Part shown: piece by piece, positions 50,758 to 63,000 of the stretch
How the letters are laid out: each line of letters starts with the position of its first letter
Numbering within the stretch: the first letter of the stretch is position 1
Source: Octopus bimaculoides
Lineage: Eukaryota
Assembly (NCBI RefSeq): GCF_001194135.2
Contig: NC_068984.1
Location: forward strand, 132,600,515-132,664,514
Length of the DNA: 64,000 bases
Reading direction: 5' to 3'
Program-made: the position numbers and the translations under genes
The notes under the pieces: model-generated
Database searches by the model: none
Told to the model about the DNA's origin: nothing
What the model saw: only the letters and a program-made list of their open reading frames with translations

Positions 50758-53700
50758 CTGGTGAAATAATTAAAAAGGAAAAAGAAAACATTTAGTATCT
50801 TTTGTATTTCCCTGTGGCTATGTGGTAAGAAGCTTGCTTCCCAACCATATAGTTCCAGGTTCAGTCTCACTGCATGGTACCTTGGGCAAGTGTCTTCTAC
50901 TGTAACTTTAGGCCGACCAAAGCCTTGTGAGTGGATTTAGTAGACAAACTGAAAGAAACCTGTCATATATGTATATATCTGTGCGTGAGGCAAGACCTTC
51001 GAACATTGGGCCTCACCGAGGCGATGACTACTGACCGAGACCTTTGGAAATGTGCTGTGCGTGAGAAGACCCGGCAAGCCAAGTGAGATCGTTGCCGGTG
51101 CCCCTGGACTGGCTCTTGTGCGGGTGGCACATAAGATGTACCATCCTGAGCGTGACCGTTGCCAGTACCGCCTGACTGGCCTTGTAGGGTTTTCGAGCGA
51201 GATCGTTGCCAGTGCCCCTGGACTGGCTCTTGTGTGGGTGGCACATAAAAGACACCATTTCGAGCGTGGCCGTTTTCGTGCGGGTGACACGTAAAAGCAC
51301 CCACTACACTCTCTGAGTGGTTGGCGTTAGGAAGGGCATCCAGCTGTAGAAACTCTGCCAAATTAGATTGGAGCCTGGTGTAGCCATCCGGTTGCACCAG
51401 TCCTCAGTCAAATCGTCCAACCCATGCTAGCATGGAAAGCGGACGTTAAACGATGATGATGATGATGTGTGTGTGTGTGTTTGTCATCCTGCCATCACTT
51501 GACAACCGATGCTGGTGTGTTTATGTCCTCATAACTTAACTTAGCAGTCTAACAAAAGAAGAAACAGATAGAATAAGTACTAGGCTTACAAGGAATAAGT
51601 TCTGGGGGGTCAATCTCTTCGACTAAAACAATTTAAGGCAGTCCTCCAGCATGGCTGCAGTCAAATGACTAAAACAAGTAAAAGAATAAGAATACAAGTC
51701 GACATAGTATATAGTGAAAACATGTAAATATCTAAGCTTCATCATCTTTACAAATCCTGCTGCATTTCTTTTTCACTAGTTCATTCTATTTACAGCACTT
51801 GGCACTTTCCTATGCAACTGTCATCCTTCAAACATATCAAACACAAAAGGAAAAAGTTGGTGTTACTTACCAGTTATCGAATTGTTTTCTGCATTCAGGT
51901 TTACTAGCTTCGGTAATCTGTAGACAGCATTTGGTATACAAGTGAAGCTATTGAAGGATATATCTAGAGACTGGAGATTTGATAAGTCTTGTATCTCATC
52001 TGGGAGGCTACTGAATTTGTTTTTCTTGAGACATAATTCTGTTGAGGAAAGGAATTTTTTTTTTTTTAATCAGAAAATATTTCTTTCTTCATTAAACAAA
52101 AACGGTTCGTGGGAAAGTGAATAAGATTCTGAAATCCCAACCACCACCACCACCACCTAACTGATCAGAGCTTTGCCAGTTCAATGTTGATTACTTCCAG
52201 CAGCAAATGTGTTTCACCATTGATCCATCTGAAAGACCTAACCAAGTAGCCAAAATCATCCTGCCAGGCATGTAACTTCAAATCCCTCACAGAATCAAAA
52301 TCTTTAACCCTCAAATCCCCTAAGCAGTTGTCCCATAACAATTGAATACTATCTTTAACACCTTAAGGAAGTCACCCACTACCACAATTCAGAGGCTTTT
52401 ATCCACTACTGCAATACATGCAAGAAAATTACCATTAAAAAAAAAGCAAGATGATATGGCCTTCAAGCTCTCCTGCCTCCCAAAGTAAAGCAACTTTATG
52501 GAATCCTCTTACTCGCCCATGCATACCAGCCTCCCCTCTCTACGCCACCAGTATTATCCAAGGGAAAGGCAATGGCCGATAGAGCTTGGCACCTGTGACG
52601 TCGCAACTCATTTCTACAGCTGAGTGAACTGGAGCAATGTGAAATAAAGTTTCTTGCTCAAGAACACAACACACAGCCCGGTCCGGGATTCGAACTCACA
52701 ACCTCACGATCGTAAGCTCGTCGCTCTAACCACTGAGCCATGTGCCTTCACTCCTACTGAAATGGTAAGAGTTGTTAAGAATTACTGCCATCACATTGAG
52801 TCCTCTATTGTACATACCAGTATAGTTTCCTTAAATTCAGATCTACAGGAGACTTGCCTGTTTATGTCATTCCCCAACATAACCCTCACTATTGATGAAA
52901 GCATGAGAACCACCCACAGTTTCCATCAAAAACTCATTTCGTTGATGGGAAGTTTTCTAACACAGTTCCAAAGATTCTTCAGAGAAATCCCATTTTGGGA
53001 TCAATAGAAATATTAAGCTTCACAGGCTCTGATGACCTCTCAATTCAACACCCATATATATACTGTCAAACTTGCATCCCAAAGAATAAAATTCTTAATT
53101 AGGATGAGAAAAGATTTCGACTATAATCAGTGTCTGCAGAAAGAAAAATTAGGTAGGGTCCGATTCAAATTTTTGCAAGAGGACCCCAAGATCCAAGTGT
53201 TAAAATAGTTGTACTAAAGTTCAATAGTAATGTTAAGGTATATACTTTTGCTGATTATAGAAGAGAGATGATCAAAAAGAACTGGATTGTACCTGAGATT
53301 CCTGGAAACACCACTCCAAATTTCTTTGGTAGACGTGGAATTTGATTATTAGTGAGAACTAGACTCTCAACACAAACATTCTTCATTAAAAAATATACTG
53401 CTTCAGGTATTTGGATTAATTTACAACCAGACAGATCTGGAAATAAAATAAAATACAATTAATAAGCTTAAAGTCAAATTTGATATGAAAACAAATCTAG
53501 GTTCTAAAGAAACTTGCAATGGTTGACACCAGTAAACACACAGTTAATAAAATTTTCAATAAAATTTTACTGTAGCCTGCTCTATAGGTGGAATGCTCGG
53601 TGCTTATAGTAAAACACCATTTAATAGCAAGCACTACACATCTGTTGATGGGTGCTACATCACCACTACTAAAATGTATGCACAGGATATGCTGAAAGCC

Positions 53701-56700
53701 TGCATACTTCTTCAAGCACAATAAACACAGATGTTAGAAATAGTAACATTTGGACCTGTTGGATGTAAAATGTGATAAGCTGGTGATGTTGGTGCAGTTT
53801 AAATTCCAGAGGGTTGGAAAGGAAAAATTCTGCAAGATGTTTAGAATGGATCTGAGTGTGCAATTAAAGGAGGAGGAGATTAGGTAGTACACTGCTAGCA
53901 AATTCAAAGGGGCAGAGACTATTGTAGTAGTGATTAGAAAAGACTCTCTCACAAATACAGTACAACTACTAACCCAAAGATAAGCTGATTTTTATGGCTC
54001 TATTTCCTCTAATGCTATCACAACAGCATCTGCTTCTCTAAACAACCAAGCTCTCTTCAAGCCCAATGCACTTACTTCTTTCAGCATTCTTAGTGTGTCT
54101 CACCCTCTAGACTCTACACTGTGAATATTTTGTTCAACCATTTCTTGCAGAATTTCAATTCTCTGGAATGTTCTCCTTGCCTACGTTTTGAATATCAATC
54201 ACATCAATCCCATCATTTGAAGATGGCCTGGAAACCTTGAAAGAGATCTGTAACATTTTTACATCAAGAAATTGAAGCCTTCTTCGGGAGTTAGACATTT
54301 ACATTAGGTTCAGTACTCTACTATTTGAGCTATCTCCACCACCCATACAAAAAAGATATTTTGGGGTTTGTTTTTTTAAATTACTAACAGATCAAATATT
54401 TTGATATTGGGCAGTCCTCTTTTGATAGTAATTTGTATTAATAACTAGCAGAAATACCCGGCGTTGCCCGGGTTAAAGAGAATAATGAAATCTAAAAACG
54501 CCGTCTAGACTACGCATCATCTTTATATATAGAGATGTATATACACACACGCACCCAAACACACGTATATATATGTATATCAATATAAATATATGAAAGT
54601 CAATGAAGTTTCGTAAAAGAAGGTGATCATGTACATACTTTCTTGCTGTTGTGATTATAACACCTCATTGTAAACTATGTTCCTTGTTTTCCCTTGTGGA
54701 GCATATACAAATAGGTTTTTTGTTGCTGCCCACTCTTGAGCAGCCAACATACAGTTGTCCATGTGAGAAGCAGGGCTCTTCCAAGAGAAGACCNNNNNNN
54801 NNNNNNNNNNNNNNNNNNNNNNNNNNNNNNNNNNNNNNNNNNNNNNNNNNNNNNNNNNNNNNNNNNNNNNNNNNNNNNNNNNNNNNNNNNNNNNNNNNNN
54901 NNNNNNNNNNNNNNNNNNNNNNNNNNNNNNNNNNNNNNNNNNNNNNNNNNNNNNNNNNNNNNNNNNNNNNNNNNNNNNNNNNNNNNNNNNNNNNNNNNNN
55001 NNNNNNNNNNNNNNNNNNNNNNNNNNNNNNNNNNNNNNNNNNNNNNNNNNNNNNNNNNNNNNNNNNNNNNNNNNNNNNNNNNNNNNNNNNNNNNNNNNNN
55101 NNNNNNNNNNNNNNNNNNNNNNNNNNNNNNNNNNNNNNNNNNNNNNNNNNNNNNNNNNNNNNNNNNNNNNNNNNNNNNNNNNNNNNNNNNNNNNNNNNNN
55201 NNNNNNNNNNNNNNNNNNNNNNNNNNNNNNNNNNNNNNNNNNNNNNNNNNNNNNNNNNNNNNNNNNNNNNNNNNNNNNNNNNNNNNNNNNNNNNNNNNNN
55301 NNNNNNNNNNNNNNNNNNNNNNNNNNNNNNNNNNNNNNNNNNNNNNNNNNNNNNNNNNNNNNNNNNNNNNNNNNNNNNNNNNNNNNNNNNNNNNNNNNNN
55401 GTATCGAAATGGTGTACATATACATGTATATGTATACATATACACCTCTCTCCCTCTCTCTTTCTGTCTCTCTCTTTCTCTCTTTCTCTCTCTGTGAAAG
55501 TATTTGACACGAGTGTTTTTGTTTCACTTTTGACACGTAATACTTAAATAGTGGAGGAGATATTATGTTGCCGTGTGCTCGAACTCTGCAAGAAGTTAAT
55601 AATTTTATTTGACTAAAACACAACTGGAACCCTAAGTAAGGCATGTGTAAAATTTGAATGAAATTGGTTGCGTAGTTCTCGAGTTTTAGGGATTCACACA
55701 GACAGACAGACAGACAGACAGACACACATTCTCATTTTTATATATATAGATGACTCAAATAATTTCTTGGTAAAAGAAAAAATTCCTGCTCCATTTTAGA
55801 TGCTTAAGCATCAAATCAGTCCTAATCGAGCAAAAACTTCTGGTGATGTCCATCCCGTTTCAAAAGCTTCTAATGATGTCTGTCCCGTTTTATTAAGAAA
55901 ATCTAGGTCTACATTATTCGATACGGCCTACCTTAAAATGATAAGGGTGTGATTTAACAGACATTTGGTCGCTATTTCTAGCACGTGAAGCAACAACTTT
56001 GAGGCTCTCTCGTTAACTTGTTTCTACTATATATACTGTGGCGATATGATTTCTAGTAATTTTACTGTTTGCATAGCAGACGTAAACCTCTGCTAATGAA
56101 ATTCGTTCTAAAATTAATACTAAATAAATTATACATTTCAAAATTTCCCTTTGACTAGGCATATAATATTTTTATTTATTTTGATTGATAGAATTAGCCG
56201 CCAGAAGGTCGACTCGACGAGAATCGAACGAACACAACCTGCGGGACTGAAGAAATAAAACATTCAAAGGGTTTTCCTTTACCAGCTACAGCCACCAAGA
56301 CACAACTCAACATAATAATATACAGCAAAAGGAAAGGACAAATGAATTAAAATTCAAAAGTAAAATAACTTCTCAAATTTGAAGCTTTGGCAGACTGCTT
56401 ACTTTAATCAGGGCCTTTTTTTTTTTTTTTTTTTCGTGGCTCGTCTAACCTATAATCTATTTTGAAAAGCACCAAATTATTTTATTTTTACTTTTTAATA
56501 GTTTAGTCAGAGAAAGGGCATATTCTGTGAAGTTTTTTCGTGGTTTCCGAGACTGGAAGGAAGAAGGGAGGAAGTTATCCTCATACCCGGGAGATCGAAA
56601 TGCTTGCAAAACCGTGGACTTCGCTAAAGGTGATAAAGGGTGACGATAGACTAAATTCATAACCTAAAAAATGGAATAGTCCCTCTGATGGACTTCCACA

Positions 56701-57109
56701 GCTTTTGTCTCTCGAATTTTATTCATAATGCTTTCATCGACCCGAGACTAAGCTAGAATAATACACTTGCCCACAGTGACACGCAGTGAAACTGAACCTG
56801 AAACCATTTAATTGCGAAACGAATTTTTCACATATGCAACAACGATAAACTGTTTTAGGATAGAATCTCGACTAGATCACATGAAATAGATAATCTTTAG
56901 CAGAATTGATACAATAAGTATCAACCCTATTAAACTCATATAAGACAATCATAATGATGTCTAAAAACAGAAGCATCCACTTTCATTTTCTAAGCTAAAA
57001 TCCTATTAGATTAAACTTATCAAAACTTACCCAACTTTTTATCTTGCTTTGCCGAATTACAACGATTAACGACGTTAGCGACATCAGCTCCTGCTTGTGA
57101 ATGAGCCAT
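50627..57109 (-). CDS. LRRC20: Leucine-rich repeat-containing protein 20, 4 coding exons, 173 aa
   Basis: Exons 57109-57031, 53436-53293, 52038-51871, 50757-50627, all phase-1 GT-AG, 522 nt. MAHSQAGADVANVVNRCNSAKQDKKLDLSGCKLIQIPEAVYFLM...LTNNQIPRLPKKF...LKKNKFSSLPDEI...LDISFNSF...VNLCNNPI matches the LRRC20 N-terminal signature and LRR pattern. Confidence 0.92.
50985..51467 (+). mobile_element. 5'-truncated RTE LINE nested in a family C SINE
   Basis: VRQDLRTLGLTEAMTTDRDLWKCAVREKTRQAK* ORF end, tandemly repeated 3' UTR, (GAT)n tail; SINE halves lie on both sides. Confidence 0.88.
51871..52038 (-). CDS. LRRC20: LRRC20 exon 3
   Basis: CAACAG|(E)LCLKKNKFSSLPDEIQDLSNLQSLDISFN...NAENNSIT G|GTAAGT. 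Confidence 0.93.
53293..53436 (-). CDS. LRRC20: LRRC20 exon 2
   Basis: TTCCAG|(D)LSGCKLIQIPEAV...FPGIS G|GTACAA. Confidence 0.93.
54445..55750 (-). mobile_element. Helitron derivative carrying a RepHel C-terminal fragment (spans a 607-N gap)
   Basis: 5' A|TC at 55750; 3' hairpin ACCCGG-6nt-CCGGGT 7 nt before CTAG|T at 54445; 54793-54655 encodes GLLLEEPCFSHGQLYVGCSRVGSNK/NLFVYAPQGKTRNIVYNEVL* with one frameshift. Confidence 0.8.
57031..57109 (-). CDS. LRRC20: LRRC20 exon 1
   Basis: ATG at 57109; ...QDKKL G|GTAAGT. Confidence 0.88.
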
Positions 57110-59154
57110 AATCGAATTATTTTATTAATTTACAGAGAAGGTATCTTATTATCTAATTATATAGTGACTTTCCCCAAACACAATAAAATAGATTACAAAA
57201 GTTGAATGGAAACAAAATTTAGGAAGGCGGTGTAAACCTACGCTAGTTTGGTCTTGCAAATAATTCCATGTGAAGAATGTAGTTTATTTAATACTGCTCA
57301 ATATACTTGCACACTTCAAAGTTGAAATCAAATTTATTCTATGATTTGTATGTACTATATATATAGTCGTTTTGTTTTATTTCATTTTTTATTTTCCAAA
57401 TCCTACTATTTTCACCCACTAAGTAATACAAATCTGTCAACACAATAACTGTTGGTTAATGATGTTGGACTACGTTAATTTACTTGGTCTTTTTATAAAT
57501 ATTTTCGGCAAGTACGATGACGTTTATATACTTTGCTGATGAGATCAGATTAAGATCAAAACATAATTGGAGTTGTCTCTCGTGCTTGCTGGAAAAATAG
57601 GAAAATATATTGAATTCTGATAGAGAGAAAGACACAATATATGACTGATACTTTATTTTATTGACCTTGTAAACAATAAATAGCACTGTCTACCTACAAA
57701 AGAATTTAAGAGAGCTCTGGAAACAAAGAAACAGTGAGAGTTGAACTCAAATTAGAAAGGAACATTTTTAAAATCCTCACATCATTTTGTTGCTCTCTAG
57801 CAATTCTACCAATATGTTACCCTATGAAAATAAAATTATTCATTAAGTGAAATCCTTTTGTATACACATTTATTAATTTCAACTTTTGCATGATCTGTAC
57901 ATTGAATATGTTAACGCTAACTTACATAAACTGTTTTTCACATGGATGGATATAAAGTGGTTGGTATTAGGACGTGCATCCAGCACTAAAATCAATGTCA
58001 AACAGACCTTGCTGGTGATGGTGCCAAGTAAAAAGCATCTAGTACGCTCTGTAAAGTAGTTGGCATTAGGAAGGGCATTCAGCCATGAAAACCATGCCAA
58101 AACAGATTGGAATGTGGTGCAGTCCTCTGGCTTGCTAACAATGCAGTCCTCTGGCTAACAATATATGCATCTCTGATCATGAGCAGGAGTAGTAGAGGAG
58201 CATCACAGCCATGTGTTGAGAGGGATTTGGGGGAATTTGAATAAATGTAACAAAAGCAAAGTTTGAAGGAAATCATCTTCATCATCACCGTCATCATTAT
58301 CCATGCTGGCATGGGTTGAACAGTTTGATAGGGGAAGATAATAACACTACCTATTATTATAAATAACTTGCAGGACCTCGTTTGGCCCTGCTTGGATTTG
58401 AAACGAAATCCACCTGCTTGTTGCTTGAAAAGACAGTGGGAAATTTCTTTGTCCTGTCAAAAGGGAACATTGATATATTTCTACTTGATCCATGACCATG
58501 CTGAGGTGGATGTCCACAGAGAAAATATTGACTTCCAGGAAAAAACCCTGCCAAAAGAAATAGTGAAGCCAACTTCAGTGTTTCTGTTAGCAGGGTTTTA
58601 CAACTAGATGACCTTCCTAACAACAGCCACTTTACAGAGTGGACTGAAATATTAGCCATTTTTCATACTTTCTAGGGGTAAGCAAATAGGAAATAGCAGT
58701 TGCTACCCAGGGACAAAAATTGTATTACAGTGTTATTTGTCTGTCTTTCTCACACAAGAACACTTGACCATGCTGCCTTGGATGGTCAGAGAGACTGCAA
58801 GACCAAGCAAATTCCTTAGTCCTTTTAAGGACAGACAACCTCCATAAAATGCATCAACTAAATTCTGTTAAGTGGTTGGAAATAGGAATGGCATCTAAAT
58901 ATAGAAACTATGCCATTAGAACATACAAGTGAAAAGTGGTTTTCTATCCCATCCAGGAGCATAGTGACCCTAAGTAATGATTCAAACTGTGACAACTCAT
59001 CCAGTTGATGCTAGTATAAAAGGAGAACAGTTGATGAGGATGATGAAGGTGATAGAGGAGTCGGTGCAGTCAGGGACTATTGATTAAGACCTTCTCCTCA
59101 AAATTGCCAGCCTTGTGCCAAAATCTGAAATCATTATTACAGCTTCTCTTGAAA

Positions 59155-60085
59155 ATGGACAAAACTTGGCATTGTGGCGTTATCAAGTACCTGTACAAAA
59201 AGGGTTTAGCTCCCAAGGACATTTATGTTGACATAGTTGCTACATTAGGACTTTATCAACAGTGCAAAAATGGACAACTGATTTCAAGAAGGGAAAGAAG
59301 ATTCTTGAAGGTGACCCAAGATCTGGATGTCTTACAACTGGCACCACTGAAGAAAACGGTGACTGTGCTCACCACATGGTAATGGATAACAGGCCTGCAC
59401 AATGAACTTGGCATAATGAAGTTTTCTTATTTCTTTATTGCCAACAAGGGGCTAAACATAGAGGGGACAAACAAGGACAGACAAAGGAATCAAGTTGATT
59501 ACATTGACTCCAGTGCGTAACTGGTACTTAATTTATTGACCCCGAAAGGATGAAAGGCAAAGTTGACCTCATTGGAATTTGAACTCAGAAAGTAGCGGCA
59601 GACGAAATACCGCTAGGCATTTCATCCGGTGTGCTAATGTTTCTGCCAGTTCAGCATAATGAAGTTTTCTGCTTGGCAGGTGCCACATCTTCAGACACCT
59701 GAGCAAAAGTGTACCAGGTTGATCACATCACCAGAAAATTCGACATTGTTTGAAGCAGATCCAGCTGGTTTCTTTAAATGTTTCCTAAGCTAGGATGAGT
59801 GTTGGCTTCATCAGTTTGAGCCAGAGACAAAGAGACAATCCATGTAGTGGAAACACCCCTCCTCACCTGCTCCAAAGAAGGCCAAGATCTTTTCGTTTGC
59901 AGGGTAGGTGATGGCTTCAGCTTTTAGGGATGCAAAAGGCATTGTGTTTATTTACTATCTTCAAAAAGGGCAACACCATCAATGGGAAGTATGATGCCAA
60001 CTTGCTGAGGCAGTTATGAAAGGCTATCAAGACCAAACACCCAGGAAACTGACAAAAGGGATCTTGTTTCATAAGAACAATGCTC
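59155..60085 (+). pseudogene. Degraded mariner transposase interrupted by a SINE
   Basis: MDKTWHCGVIKYLYKKGLAPKDIY (HTH), DECWLHQFEPETKRQSM*WKHPSSPAPKKAK and ILFHKNNAP; contains stops and frameshifts. Confidence 0.88.
59428..59653 (-). mobile_element. SINE family B inside the mariner remnant
   Basis: 17-bp TSD GCATAATGAAGTTTTCT at 59411-59427 and 59654-59670. Confidence 0.9.
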
Positions 60086-63000
60086 CAGTCTATGAACATT
60101 ATAGCTGACCCATGTATAGGAGAAAGGATTACTGATATCAGTTGCTCAACCTACCAGTTACAGGAGGCAAAACCACAACCAGCCGTCTTAACTGAAAGAA
60201 AGACACACTCTGTAATATAACTCTCGTGAAATTCGCTATGAAATTCGCTATTGAAAAAAGACAGGATTATCCAGAACATACATTATTTCATCAGTGAATA
60301 AGTCTTGTAAACAGCTGTGACAAGTGTAATTTCATGTCATTCTAATCAATAAAATTATGTCGTTTGTTTTCACAAAACTGAACATGGAGAGCTTTTAAAA
60401 TGTTACTAACATTAAATGTTAGCCATTTATACAATAGGATCTTTTTTATTTTTAATTGGTTCAGCTCCTGCAGTGCATATATAACACTTTGTACTAAACA
60501 GAAAATATCCTGATTTCTATTTTTAGTTTAAAATTCAAAACAAAACTAATAAACTACTTGTTGAATGTATACACATATAATATTACAATTGTGTGAACAT
60601 ATGTGCACATATACCCACACAGACACACATTTATATAGAAAAGAAAAAGAACATTGTCGTAAAGATCATTAGCGAGACAAAAATCCGTCTTCAGCAGCAA
60701 ATAAAAGTCTCTTCTATTTTCCAATTGCTCCAGTGAAATCACATCTCAGATAGTCTTTAACAACCTTCTGTCTTTGTTATTATTTTCCATCTTATCTTTT
60801 ACTTGTTTCAGTCATTGGACTGCAGCAATGTTGGGGCACTACCTTAAAGTGTTTTAGTCAAACATATTGAACCCAGTTTTTTTTGTTTTTTTTTACCAAA
60901 CTGATAAGTTATGGGGATGTAAACAAACCAACACCTGTTGCCAAGCAAGGGAGGGGGACAACAAAATACACACACTTATAGATGTGTGTATATGCATGTG
61001 TGTGTGTGTGTGTGTAGAATATAATTATTCATTAATTCATTAATTTCAGTTTTCAGTCATGTCATTACGTATCACACTTACAGCTACTGATATAGATGTG
61101 ACATGAAAAAGATGAAACTACAGGATCATCCAGTGTTGAGAGTTTATGACGCCAGGGTTTGTTTTGGCTCTTCAGATATCAACAGCCACCAACACATCAC
61201 AGGAGATTGAACAGACAGTTGAAAAACACAGGGGGTTGGGTCAAATAAAATAATGACTTCATAAAGTTCTTTCAAGGTCGTGCAATTAACAAAAAAAAAA
61301 AAAAAAAAATGAGACTCAGCTTTTAACACACAAGTGAACCAAAAATTTTTAAAATTGTTGAAAAGGCATCAGTTTTGAAAAATGTGTTCCAGGGAAGCTG
61401 TGACTCCCTATGCTCTCCTATGTCTCTGACTCAGATCTGCCTACGTCACCATTCTTTCTCAGCTGTTTTATTCAGTCACCAACCTGCAGTTTTTAGCTCT
61501 TTATCTCTCATACATAGTGTCACACAAATACTCCAAACACTTTCACTCACTCTCCTTACTTTTCTCATCTGAAAGATGTCTCCAGAGGCGACATCTGTTA
61601 CCTTCCAATTCAGAATTTCTTATTAATGAAATCATCATCATTATTATAGGCACAAGTGTGACTGTGTGGTAAGAAGCTTGCTTCCCAACCACATGGTTCC
61701 GGGTTCAGTCCCACTGCATGATACCTTGGGCAAGTGTCTTCTACTATAGCCTTGTGAGTGGATTTGGCAGAGGAAAACTGAAAGAAGCCCATTGTGTGTG
61801 TGTGTGTATGTGTGTCTGGGTCTGTGTCTGTGTGTCTGTCTGTATCTGTGTGTGTTTGTGTCTTTGTATCTGTGTTTCTCCTCCACTACCATTTGCCAAC
61901 TGGTGTTGGTTTGTTTACATCCCCATAACTGAGCAGTTCATCAAAAGAAACTGACAGAATAAGTAGCAGGCTTTAAAAAAATAGTCTCGGGATTGATTTG
62001 TTCAACTAAAACTTTCCAAGGTGGTGCCCCCAGTATGGCCACAGCCAACTGACTGAAACAAGTAAAAGATAATAACAGATAGAAGATTATCACCATCATT
62101 TTAATGTCCCCTTTTCCATACTTGGATGGGTCAGATGGAGTTTATCGAGGCAGCTTTTCTATGGCTGGATGCCCTTCCTGTCACCAACCTGTTCTCAAGC
62201 AAAGTAACATTTCCCCATGGCCAGACATGTTTCCATAGAACATCAGAAATGAATGATTCATATACAACAATCCCAAGAAGTCTCAAGCGAAGGAGACACA
62301 ATCACACACACACACAAAGCTTTTGTTGGCCCAGAGCTATAATAGAAGACACCTGACCAAGATGCCACAGTGTTGAACTGAACTTGAAACCATGTGGTTG
62401 AGGAACAGACTTCAATAACCACATAGCCACATCTGCTTGCTAAAAATCATACAGAAAGTGATAAAGAAGAAAATATTTCACACGATAAAACTCTTTACTT
62501 TGGCTGTCTAACAGTTTGGAATGGTAACAGCTGTAGAGCTTGATCGCTTAGCTTTGTTGATCATTTTCATTAATACAATTTCTTTACTAGCCCACAACCA
62601 CCACCTACATCACCACCTCCAACACCATTAACCATCATTGCTTAGACTTAGGCTTTTAGATCTTGATTGCCTCTTACACTTCATAACTATATTTAAAGGG
62701 CTCTTCCTCTGTTTTCTCTCATTGCAAACTACCGCATCCTTTGCTAACTCATTGATTGCACATTGACAAGGAAAAGCAACCACTACATTCTCAGAGTTGT
62801 TGGCGTTAGGAAGGGCATCCAGCTGTAGAAACTCTGCTAGATCAGATTGGAGCCTGGTGCAACCATCTGGTTCGCCAGTCCTCAATCAAATCGTCCAACC
62901 CATGCCAGCATGGAAAACGGACGTTAAACGATGATGATGAAATACAAAAAATGGAGGAAAATACACAAAAAGTTTATGTATGTATGATTGTCAGCTGTGT

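Noticed and set aside
54651-55725. Long ORFs of 250-356 aa (also 35287-35599, 36178-36825)
   Set aside because: Artefacts of N runs; only the 54655-54793 Helitron fragment is interpretable
57512-57600. ATGACG...CTGATGA resembling a C/D-box snoRNA or hammerhead core
   Set aside because: No terminal stem, no proper C/D spacing and no GAAA plus stem II
60640-61300. Short exon-like frames (ISLEQLENRRDF... on minus; CDMKKMKLQDHPVLRVYDAR on plus)
   Set aside because: Weak splice sites, no recognisable homology and no consistent gene chain
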